Positions 1 through 8,526 of a stretch of 64,000 nucleotides of DNA are shown piece after piece (position 1 is the first letter of the stretch; every line of letters starts with the position of its first letter). Position numbers and translations under genes: made by a program. Source of the stretch: a virus; the IMG/VR virus record IMGVR_UViG_3300010885_057925, positions 1-64,000 of that record, one strand, 5' to 3'. Below the pieces are notes generated by a model. The model was given only the letters and a program-made list of their open reading frames with translations. It searched no databases and was not told where the DNA came from.

Positions 1-1
1 A

Positions 2-514
2 CTCCCTAATTTCGAGCGTCTCACGCTCAAGATTCTCGTCATCAACCCAGACCGTGAGGACCTCGCACCGCGTCCACCTCTCGAACTCCGCGTAGAGGCT
101 GTCAAGCCCCTCGAGCGCGTGAGAGTCAATGTAACTGTGGAGGTCATCACGTATCCCATTATAACTCTTCCTGCGACAGATAACAATCTTGCCGCCGGCT
201 TCCGCAAACTTTTCGTCAACCCTGCGAAGAACCTCGTCGCTTGTGTCGCGGTTGAAGTACCTCGAGTAGACCCACTCTGATGCATAGTTCCTGTCCATGA
301 TAGCGCTGGCTCGAGTCTGGCAGAGAAAGTCTGCCAGGAATGTTGCTCCGTATGTCAGCAGATTCTTGAAGTAGCTCGGATCACGAAGATCGGTGAACCA
401 CTCTCCAGAGTTCTTGAATACAGGGATCCCGAGCTGCCGAGAAAGCTCGGCGGCGATCTGGGTTTTTCCCGTCATATCTACGCCTTCGCAAGCGAGCAAA
501 ACATGATTCTTCAT
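2..514 (-). CDS. Thymidylate/dNMP kinase-like protein (3' end runs off the window)
   Basis: Translated by hand from ATG at 514: MKNHVLLACEGVDMTGKTQIAAELSRQLG...IMDRNYASEWVYS. It has an EGxDxxGKT P-loop and the DR motif of dNMP kinases, with a GGAG RBS upstream. Not in the ORF track because it is truncated. Confidence 0.8.
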   Translation of the reverse strand, partial: MKNHVLLACEGVDMTGKTQIAAELSRQLGIPVFKNSGEWFTDLRDPSYFKNLLTYGATFLADFLCQTRASAIMDRNYASEWVYSRYFNRDTSDEVLRRVDEKFAEAGGKIVICRRKSYNGIRDDLHSYIDSHALEGLDSLYAEFERWTRCEVLTVWVDDENLERETLEIRE

Positions 515-570
515 ATGATTTCTCCGTAGAAGATTGTATGATTATTCCGATCCTACTGTTAAAAAAGCTG

Positions 571-1626
571 CTAGCCTCGCTTCGCGTGCTGCTCGATCAA
601 ATCAATCTTATGCGCTGGACTGAAATCCACAACCTGGCGGAGCGCTTCCTCCTGACGATTGATAACATCGGTACGCTCAGCGACGCTCATCTGGGAGAGG
701 CGGGTTACAGCTCGAACAACGTCCTCCTGATCGTCAACAAGGAACTCTCCCAGACCGACCGGACGAGCGTGGACATACTCATTCGGAATGAGGGACACGA
801 CGCCAGCCTGGATTGCCTCGGAGAAACGCATCGTGATGTTGCCGTAAGGAGTGTAATCGTCACGTGTGATGTGCGTCACAGCGATCGAGTTGTTGATGAT
901 GCCGAAGATCTCCTTGTACGCGAGACGATGACCGAACGCGACGTGCGGGTTCTCGCGGAGAAGGACGCTTGGATCACGGCGTTCGGGGCTCCGCTCGAGC
1001 CAGTTGCCCCAGACCTTTGTCTGGATACCACGATCACGAAGAGCGCTGCTCGGTTGCGAGTAGTACTTCTTGAACTGTGGGTCGCGATCGTAGTTGTTAC
1101 CGACGTATGTGTAGTTGTATGAGTACTCGGCAGGTTTGAAGAGCCGGCGAGCGGAGGAAGCCCATGGCATCGAGACACGAGAGCGGGTCTGCTCACGGGG
1201 CTTAATGCAAGCATCAGCGAGTTGAGCATTCGGCCAACGTCTCTCCTCTTCGGGGGTCATCTTGAGATCGCCGTCATGAATAATGATAGGGACTCCCTTC
1301 GCGTGATAGTGATCGAGGAGCGCGCATTGACGTCGATAATCAGGCTCCGTCGCTCGATCGCCGCCGAGCGCAGCATCATTCTTCCAAGTCGGCCAGCGCC
1401 ACTCGACGAAGAGAACATCGCCATCGGGAAATCCAGTGTCGTCGTACTCAACACCGGGATAGGGCTCATCATCACGACGCTGTTGGACCTGGATCACCGT
1501 GTGTCCACGCCGCTGCATCTCATCCACGAGATCAACTCGACCACCTCGATAGTGATCTGGGGTTGCGGAAACAGTCTGCTTTTCGAAAGGGGTCACGAAG
1601 CCCCAGAAGGAGTATAGAATTCGCAT
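571..1626 (-). CDS. GT-B glycosyltransferase, T4 DNA beta-glucosyltransferase-like
   Basis: C-terminal half YTYVGNNYDR...WGNW...NSIAVTHITRDDYTPYGNITMRFSEAIQAGVVSLI resembles the T4 BGT sugar-nucleotide-binding domain as recalled (YGG..R..FGN..ITLRVWE). It lies between dnaE and the dNMP kinase. Confidence 0.65.
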   Translation of the reverse strand: MRILYSFWGFVTPFEKQTVSATPDHYRGGRVDLVDEMQRRGHTVIQVQQRRDDEPYPGVEYDDTGFPDGDVLFVEWRWPTWKNDAALGGDRATEPDYRRQCALLDHYHAKGVPIIIHDGDLKMTPEEERRWPNAQLADACIKPREQTRSRVSMPWASSARRLFKPAEYSYNYTYVGNNYDRDPQFKKYYSQPSSALRDRGIQTKVWGNWLERSPERRDPSVLLRENPHVAFGHRLAYKEIFGIINNSIAVTHITRDDYTPYGNITMRFSEAIQAGVVSLIPNEYVHARPVGLGEFLVDDQEDVVRAVTRLSQMSVAERTDVINRQEEALRQVVDFSPAHKIDLIEQHAKRG

Positions 1627-1634
1627 GGTTTACC

Positions 1635-4600
1635 TCACATAACCTTGATTTTCTTACCTTTTGTCGCCAGCCCGAAGTCAGAACGATCGACCTCGGCAAC
1701 GCATAGGGTGTATGGCTCGAATCCAATCTTACCATCCCAATCCCACATGAACATCTTTTCCATATTTCCGGCCTCACCCATCACCTGAAGCATCAGGTAC
1801 GGTTTTCCGTTCTTCGTCTTCTTCTCGACCGAGCTCACAACGACAAACCAGTAGACGTCAAGTCTCTCCCAGTTATCAATCGAGTAAACCTCCTTGTCCT
1901 TGAACTTCTGACGAAGCTCTGGAGAGATCAGGGAGAGAGGCTCCATCTTTCCAGAGAGCTCAATCTGCATCAGAGCGTGCTCTCGACGGGTCCACTCTGG
2001 CATGCCCTCAGTCTCAACAACAAGTTCGCGGAACTTCTTGATACCACGCTGGGGATCTTTCTTCGCCCACTTCTTGATATCGTCAGCGTTCTCGATGAGA
2101 ACGTGATGCATATGCTTCCAAGAAGAGAACTGCTTGTCCCGCCCGACGACGTCCATCGACTCGAAAGCGCCCGCCTTGATGAGAGCCTCCAGGGCTCGAC
2201 GGTTAAACTTAGAGGGCCTCCACTGCCCGTCCTCCTTCCATAGCATCTGCTCAACGCTCTGGTACGGTCGACAAGTCACAATCTCCTCAATCGCAGTCTC
2301 ACCGACTCCCTTGATCGTGTTGAACGAAGGGATGAGCAGCTTACGTCCCGAGTCAACGGACCACTGGTTCGTGGAGAGGTTGATGTCGACGTTGCCAATC
2401 TCGTAACCCATCTTCTTCACGTCAGAGATTGCCTGGGAACGATCATCTGGATTACCGATCATCGACTCCATGTAAGCGCAGAGCCACTCGGCCTCGAAGT
2501 AGGTCAGGAGCCAAGCGCAGTAGAACGAATCGATGGCGTAGGCGAGAGCGTGGGAGAGGTTGAAACCGTATCCTGCGAAGAAGAGGATATCATCCCAGAG
2601 CTTCGAGGCTACGGATTCCCTGATGCCATTGCCCACAGCTCCGTTGACAAAGTTATCCTTCATCGCCTTCGCCTTCTTCATCGACTCCTCAGGGTTGCCT
2701 CCCTGGCGCTTCAGAATGTTCTTTCGAACTTTGTCACACTCGGACTTCGGGAATCCCGCCACCACGTTGCAGAGCTGCATCAGCTGCTCCTGGAAGATGA
2801 TGCATCCGAAAGTCGGCTCGAGAACCTGCTTAATGAGCGGGTGCTTGTAGTCGATATTCCGAGGGTTCGCCTTCGCCTCGAGGTAGAGTTTGTCAACCTT
2901 CGCAGCGAGCGGACCGGGACGGAAAACTGAGGTCAGGGTCGCGATGTCGATGATCGATCGTGGCTTCGCGTTCTGGAAGAGTCGTTGGGCGCCCTTACTG
3001 GTGAGCTGGAAGACGCCTGGAGTTCTGGAGGTTGCCTCATGGTAGACGTTCTCATACACCCTCTGGTCGTCGAAATTGATCACATCGGTTGCCATGTGTT
3101 GGTCGAACCACGCCTTGACGTCCTGGAACGTAGGATTCTTCATCCCATGGTGGCGCTGGAGGATGAGCTCGATCGTTCGATGGATTGTCCGAAGCGTTTC
3201 GAGGCCCAGCAGGTCGAACTTAACCCATCCCAGCATCTCAAGATGCTTGTAGTTCATACCCTCGACCCAGGGGGTCTGCTGCTCACCCTTCGCCATGATG
3301 AGAGGCATCCGCTCCTGGATGCGCTCAGAGATGATAACACCGCCAGCGTGTCGACCCAGAGCCTTGTTCTGCTTGAACAGGACCTTGATGGATTCCGAGA
3401 CCTGCGGATGACGATCGATGAAGTTTCTGAAAGTCTCGCAGTGTTCGTAGCTGTCCTCGAAAGTTAGGACAAAGAGGTTCTTATCGTCGCCAATCTTCTT
3501 CGTCGCGTTCATGACCTCCTTCTCGACTGTCTTTAGAGCCTCGTTGACCTCCTCGAGTGGGATATCGTAGAGACGGGAGACGTCCCGGATGAGTGTCTTG
3601 AGCTTGAAAGTATTGTAGTTCGAGATTGGAACGATGTTCTCACCGCCGAACTTCTCACGAAGGATCGAGAGGAGCAGGTCGCGGTTCTCAACGTCGGTGT
3701 CGATGTCGGGCAGACCCTCACGGTCAGGGGACAGGAATCGTTCGAAGAGCAGACCGTACTTGATCGGATCAACGTCGGTGATGCCGAGGACGTAGCAGAC
3801 AAGGGAGCCCGCGCCGGAGCCTCGACCCACGCCGACGAACATCTGCTCCTTAGCGGCAGAGATGATCTCCTTCATCGTGAGGAAGTAAGACGCGAAATCC
3901 TTCTGCTTGATGACATCGAGCTCGTACTTCGCGCGGTCAACATACTCAGGATTCGTGTGGAAATTCTTGGAACGAAGACCGATCTCTACCGACTCCTCGA
4001 GAGCCTCATTCGCAGTCTTACCCTTCGGGATGACGTAGCTCGGCAGCTTCACGGAGCGATCGGGCTGGACATCGCCTATTTCCTCATGCGCGAGATGCCA
4101 GGTACGCTCGACCGCCTTACGAACAAGCTCCTCCTCACCACGATAGAAATCATCGGTGCCTCGGGAAATCATGAACTCATCCCAAACCTGGGAGGCGTTC
4201 TTCGGGTATAGCTCACACTTGAGCTGGTCCTTGCTCTTCGGGATCGAGTCTGCCGACAGATCGGCGTAGTTCAACCAGCCGAGCTTCTTGTAGATCTCGC
4301 GCTCCTTCCAGTGCTCCGGACGGGCGTAGTGGGAGTCGCAGGTAACGACGAGCTGATCGGTCATGCCCTGACGCTTCGCGAACTCCATGATCGCACGGTT
4401 GACGATGTGCTGAGCAGGAAGGCGGTTGAACTGCAGCTCGAGCATCACGTTCTTACGGCCGACAGCCCATGCGAGACCATCGAATGAGTTACCGACGCGG
4501 TTGATGACGCGCTCCATGATCGATTGATCATTGAGGAGACGACTGTTTAGCGTCTCGAAGCTGTGCTCCTGCAGCTCACGGAAGACCTCGAAAGCGAGTG

Positions 4601-5258
4601 GGCCGCCGATGCAGGCCGTCGAGACGATGAAGTTGTCATCCTCCTGAGCCTCCTTGAGCATCGCGAGGTCAACACGAGGGAACTTGTAGAAGCCCTCGGA
4701 GTAACCACGACTCACGAGTCCGAAGAGCTTCTCGAGCCCCTTACTGTGACGTGGTAGAACAACGAGGTGGTGACGACGGTTGATCGGGTTGAAGTGCTTC
4801 GTTGACTTCGTCTCGTCCTCGTTCTCGATCGTGAGAGCGGAAGCGTCGGTGTCGATGCCGATCGTCTCATCATTCTCATCGGTGACAGCGACGATCGGAG
4901 TCACGATGCTCTCGGGCTTCTCCTTCGCCTTCGCGTGGCTCTTACGATCACGCTTGAGCTGCTGCCACTCATGGTACTCAGCCCGCCAAGCGTTGAGGTC
5001 GGGGTGGATGTACATCTCACAGCCCGGGATGAGTTTGATGTCCTTCCCTGCCTTCCTCAGCTTGTCAGCGTGGAGCCAGGCGTGACCGAAGCCGTTCATC
5101 TGGCCGTGGTCAGTCAGACTCCACCCATCGAGACCGTTCTCAAGGCAGAAGTCAATGTGCTCCTGAGGGTAACCGAGACCATCGAACGTGCTGAAACCCG
5201 AGTGAGAATGAAGTCCAAAGAACTTCTCTGGACGCTTGAACTCGCCGCCGTCTGCCAT
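1635..5258 (-). CDS. dnaE: DNA polymerase III alpha subunit (family C)
   Basis: PHP motifs HSHS..S..DG, LTDHG and CDSHY; GRGSGAGSLV; FERFL..R..PDIDTD; GRHAGG; KFDLLGL; YGFNLSHA; C-terminal OB fold. Confidence 0.97.
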   Translation of the reverse strand: MADGGEFKRPEKFFGLHSHSGFSTFDGLGYPQEHIDFCLENGLDGWSLTDHGQMNGFGHAWLHADKLRKAGKDIKLIPGCEMYIHPDLNAWRAEYHEWQQLKRDRKSHAKAKEKPESIVTPIVAVTDENDETIGIDTDASALTIENEDETKSTKHFNPINRRHHLVVLPRHSKGLEKLFGLVSRGYSEGFYKFPRVDLAMLKEAQEDDNFIVSTACIGGPLAFEVFRELQEHSFETLNSRLLNDQSIMERVINRVGNSFDGLAWAVGRKNVMLELQFNRLPAQHIVNRAIMEFAKRQGMTDQLVVTCDSHYARPEHWKEREIYKKLGWLNYADLSADSIPKSKDQLKCELYPKNASQVWDEFMISRGTDDFYRGEEELVRKAVERTWHLAHEEIGDVQPDRSVKLPSYVIPKGKTANEALEESVEIGLRSKNFHTNPEYVDRAKYELDVIKQKDFASYFLTMKEIISAAKEQMFVGVGRGSGAGSLVCYVLGITDVDPIKYGLLFERFLSPDREGLPDIDTDVENRDLLLSILREKFGGENIVPISNYNTFKLKTLIRDVSRLYDIPLEEVNEALKTVEKEVMNATKKIGDDKNLFVLTFEDSYEHCETFRNFIDRHPQVSESIKVLFKQNKALGRHAGGVIISERIQERMPLIMAKGEQQTPWVEGMNYKHLEMLGWVKFDLLGLETLRTIHRTIELILQRHHGMKNPTFQDVKAWFDQHMATDVINFDDQRVYENVYHEATSRTPGVFQLTSKGAQRLFQNAKPRSIIDIATLTSVFRPGPLAAKVDKLYLEAKANPRNIDYKHPLIKQVLEPTFGCIIFQEQLMQLCNVVAGFPKSECDKVRKNILKRQGGNPEESMKKAKAMKDNFVNGAVGNGIRESVASKLWDDILFFAGYGFNLSHALAYAIDSFYCAWLLTYFEAEWLCAYMESMIGNPDDRSQAISDVKKMGYEIGNVDINLSTNQWSVDSGRKLLIPSFNTIKGVGETAIEEIVTCRPYQSVEQMLWKEDGQWRPSKFNRRALEALIKAGAFESMDVVGRDKQFSSWKHMHHVLIENADDIKKWAKKDPQRGIKKFRELVVETEGMPEWTRREHALMQIELSGKMEPLSLISPELRQKFKDKEVYSIDNWERLDVYWFVVVSSVEKKTKNGKPYLMLQVMGEAGNMEKMFMWDWDGKIGFEPYTLCVAEVDRSDFGLATKGKKIKVM

Positions 5259-5311
5259 GAAATCTCCAGTGTGTCCTAATCATACTACAGGACGCGGGAG
5301 GTTTGCATAAA

Positions 5312-5542
5312 TCAGCACGGGTTATTCTTGTACCACTCTATCATCTCGAGGATGCGTGGGAGATCGTCGTCATCGCAATCCTTGTAACTTCGGCCGAGCC
5401 TCGATTTCAGGCGCTCCCAGATATGAGCGTATGAATTGCGCTGCTTCAAAAACTTACATGGAGGCAGCTTTCCGTTGAGGTGATCACCTGCGTCTTTCGC
5501 TGCCGCCCTCACGATCTCAACGCTTTCTTTCGATAGTGCCAT
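5312..5542 (-). CDS. Small hypothetical protein (ORF6C-like helical C-terminus)
   Basis: 76 aa with AGGAG RBS; HIWERLKSRLGRSYKDCDDDDLPRILEMIEWY pattern. Confidence 0.55.
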   Translation of the reverse strand: MALSKESVEIVRAAAKDAGDHLNGKLPPCKFLKQRNSYAHIWERLKSRLGRSYKDCDDDDLPRILEMIEWYKNNPC

Positions 5543-5589
5543 GTGTGCTCCTATCGAAATTTAAGAACGAAAGATCTATTTTATCGAGC

Positions 5590-6891
5590 TCAACCTCGAC
5601 CTGCTCGTTGCCCACGATGCTTCAGCTTCGATCCCGCCATCTTTTTAGCCTTTTCGGGCGAAACTCCTGACGCCTTAAGACGGGCAAGACGAATTTTCTT
5701 GAATGTGTCGTCGTCCTCATAGACCGAACCGACCTCGTATCCGTCATCATGTGAGCCTGATCCGCCGGGTATCGCTGGTCGATCGACGTCGTATCCGCCA
5801 AGCTCCTCAAGCTCCTCGTCCTGCACCAGCAACTTCTTATGATCTCTCTCGACAGACGAGATCTCCTCTGCGAGCGCCCTGAGATAATCACGACGACGAG
5901 ATTCGGTCTTTGGAGCCTCAGCCGCGTCTTCTTTCGAGGAGGAATCAGGTGTAAGCTCGCCGCGCAGAATAACCTGCATCGCAGCCATAAGTGTCGCCAT
6001 CACCGGAAATCCGACTTCAACGACCAGACGGACGGCCTCTCTTGCCTGAGGTTCATGTTTTTCCAGAAAGTCGGCGGTCATTTCCAGAGATGAAGCTAGC
6101 GCGCTGGCGCCGACGTATCCGACAATGGGATACATGAATGCGGCGATTGTTTTTCCCTTCGGAGAACCAACTTTATCAGACACGTCTCTAACGAGCTTGA
6201 TGGTCTTCGGGTACATCTCGTCGAACGCTTTCGTGGCGGCGTCAGGATCGGTGAAGTATTTCGCGTAGGCTCCAGCTTTTCCAATTGCTGCAGCGAACGC
6301 GTCATAGCAATTTTCGCCCAGGCTCTCCAGCACCTCGGCCACACCGAGCGCGATAGTGTTTCCAAGCACAGCGTCCGGTATGGCTATCTTCAGAGAGTCA
6401 CCGATAGTATCCGTAAATCTAGAGATTAGATCCTCAATTTCTTCCTTAATCTTTTCGATGGCGTCGAGGATATATCGACCTCCCAATCTCACTATCTTTT
6501 CCAGAATGCTCTTCACTGTTTTGTAGAACAAATCTTTGGACTGTAAGAAGGTCTTTCCCAAAGATTTCGATTTTTCCAGCAAAGCTCCGATAGATTCGCC
6601 GCCCGTAGCCAGAGAAGAAACAGAATTCAGATTAGATATCACCGATTCTGCCGAGAATGCCACGTCGACTGCTGTCTCCGCAGCCTCTGCAGGTCCGAGG
6701 GACCCGAAGCCTGCGGTACCCGCCATGAGACCGTATTCGACAGTGGCGGCCGCCGCGGCCTGAACCACGTTCATCACACTCTCTTTCGCGCCCTCTTGCA
6801 AGAGTCGTGACTCGCTCAAAGAAGCTCGCGTGGAGCTACGAACGATTTCCTGTCTCACTATAGCGCGGAGTGTCGCCTCATTTATCATCAT
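5590..6891 (-). CDS. Hypothetical protein, putative head-packaged/ejected protein
   Basis: 433 aa. N-terminal INEATLRAIVRQEI...LSE..LLQE tag, hydrophobic helices, upstream ATACTTA motif. Confidence 0.6.
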   Translation of the reverse strand: MMINEATLRAIVRQEIVRSSTRASLSESRLLQEGAKESVMNVVQAAAAATVEYGLMAGTAGFGSLGPAEAAETAVDVAFSAESVISNLNSVSSLATGGESIGALLEKSKSLGKTFLQSKDLFYKTVKSILEKIVRLGGRYILDAIEKIKEEIEDLISRFTDTIGDSLKIAIPDAVLGNTIALGVAEVLESLGENCYDAFAAAIGKAGAYAKYFTDPDAATKAFDEMYPKTIKLVRDVSDKVGSPKGKTIAAFMYPIVGYVGASALASSLEMTADFLEKHEPQAREAVRLVVEVGFPVMATLMAAMQVILRGELTPDSSSKEDAAEAPKTESRRRDYLRALAEEISSVERDHKKLLVQDEELEELGGYDVDRPAIPGGSGSHDDGYEVGSVYEDDDTFKKIRLARLKASGVSPEKAKKMAGSKLKHRGQRAGRG

Positions 6892-6917
6892 CGCATCGTT
6901 CCTTATGCTGGTAAGTA

Positions 6918-7649
6918 TTATCGTCTGATCATCTTTTGGGGTCGCTCTCCGACCTTTCGACTTGGTCTCACGCTTCTCGACTGTGGCGGTGGCGGAGAAT
7001 ATGTCGCGACACCACCTGTGAATCCTGAATTCACCCAGTCAACGACAGCGTCGATGAGATTCGGATCACTCCCAGACCATCCGGAGACTCGGGCGACGTG
7101 GTTCAATATCTCACGCTTTTTCCCCTCGCCCCAGACCCAGGCTGCGGTGCTCTTTATCTGATTCATTCTCATCTCAAGTTCCGAAGCGAGACGTTCCATC
7201 GACGCGAGGTGCTCTTCGACGGGTGCGTCCTCGACGTCAATATCAAGCTCTGAGGCGATCTCGAGGAGCCGACCTCCGTCCTTCTTCTCCAGAGCAGTCT
7301 TCGAGTCGAGGAACATCTTGGATCGTTCGATTCTCTCGCGCTCGCTGAGCTCTTCACGAAGTAGCGCGTCCGGATGAGTCTTCGCAGTGATCTTTCGATA
7401 GAGCTTCTTCTGCCAGGAAGGTGCTGCCGACTCTTCTTCCTGTGAGCTCTCGTTCTCGTCTTTAGCATTAGATTGAGCCTGCTCGGCGCGGGTCTGCAAC
7501 TCACCTGCGCGAGCGAGGAGCTCTATGACCGCGCGCTGGAGCTCCCAACCACGGCGGTCGAACTCCTCCTCGAGATCATAGAGCTCCTCGCGAAGGTAGC
7601 TCATCTTAAGAGCTGCCTTCTTCAAGCGACGCTCGGCGGGAACGTTCAC
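6918..7649 (-). CDS. Coiled-coil protein with J-domain-like (HPD) segment
   Basis: KKLYRKITAKTHPD matches J-domain helix II plus HPD, followed by a helix III-like segment. Confidence 0.65.
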   Translation of the reverse strand: MNVPAERRLKKAALKMSYLREELYDLEEEFDRRGWELQRAVIELLARAGELQTRAEQAQSNAKDENESSQEEESAAPSWQKKLYRKITAKTHPDALLREELSERERIERSKMFLDSKTALEKKDGGRLLEIASELDIDVEDAPVEEHLASMERLASELEMRMNQIKSTAAWVWGEGKKREILNHVARVSGWSGSDPNLIDAVVDWVNSGFTGGVATYSPPPPQSRSVRPSRKVGERPQKMIRR

Positions 7650-7900
7650 TTAACGTCCAGTGACTTGCCCCACTTCAGCGCTGCGGTCGTGCCCGTCACA
7701 ATGACTGTGGGCCATTTCCACGATGAGCGAAGGCCACCCATGTGGTGGCGTGCGAGTGACATGCACTCGTTCTTAACATCCTTGCTACGGGTCGTGTCGT
7801 GATCGACCTTCAGCTCGGCGATCCTCATCAGACGATACGCGATGTTAAGAATCGTTCCTCCGACGTATAGCGAGAGAGCGGTTACGGGAACTACTAGCAT
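7646..7900 (-). CDS. Small hypothetical membrane-anchored protein
   Basis: Hydrophobic N-terminus, AGGAG RBS, ATATTTA motif upstream, 4-bp overlap with the next gene. Confidence 0.55.
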   Translation of the reverse strand: MLVVPVTALSLYVGGTILNIAYRLMRIAELKVDHDTTRSKDVKNECMSLARHHMGGLRSSWKWPTVIVTGTTAALKWGKSLDVK

Positions 7901-7921
7901 GATGATGTCTCCTGTGCGAGA

Positions 7922-8434
7922 CTAAATATTCGACGACTCGCGACTCTTCTTCAAGCTCGCCGCATTTCTCTTCACCGACATCGTCTCGGGGTGCTCCCCA
8001 ACCTTTCGACGGGCCTCTGGATTCTCAGCCTCAGCGAGTGCCTCGATCTTCTCAAGCTCTCTCTCCTGGAGGAGACCGGACTCGCGTACAGCCTGAAGCG
8101 CTCGACGCATCCCTTCTTGGGTCGCTTCGAGACGGAGCACATCATCGTTCGAGCTTTTGACTGTCTCTTCGATCTGCTTGATCACAGAAACGATTATACT
8201 CGCGACGTTCTCGAGAAGGACACGAGGATCCTCCGCACTTTGTGACCGCATCTCGCCCATGATCTGGTTGAGTATCGAGATGAACTCCGTCGACAAGCTC
8301 GATGTCGCGCCTGTGGTAAGACGTCTCTCGTAGATCACTCTCTCATTTTCCCCAAGCTTCGAGATGAGCTCATCAGCAATCGTAACAATTCTTCGGGATG
8401 CAAACTTCTGCCTATCAAGTTCTTCTTGTGTCAT
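7922..8434 (-). CDS. Hypothetical coiled-coil protein
   Basis: 170 aa helical ORF with TATAAT just upstream. Shares the C-terminal RKVGExP motif with 6918..7649. Confidence 0.65.
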   Translation of the reverse strand: MTQEELDRQKFASRRIVTIADELISKLGENERVIYERRLTTGATSSLSTEFISILNQIMGEMRSQSAEDPRVLLENVASIIVSVIKQIEETVKSSNDDVLRLEATQEGMRRALQAVRESGLLQERELEKIEALAEAENPEARRKVGEHPETMSVKRNAASLKKSRESSNI

Positions 8435-8464
8435 GCGTCAATTATATCAGGAGGTTCGTGATAT

Positions 8465-8500
8465 AAAAGAAAAGGGGCGGCCCCTTTCGAGACCGCCCCA
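8465..8500 (-). terminator. Rho-independent terminator
   Basis: Minus strand GGGGCGGTCTC-GAAA-GGGGCCGCCCC followed by TTTTCTTTT. Confidence 0.9.
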
Positions 8501-8526
8501 GGTTTGACCCAATCGGGTCCAGAAGA

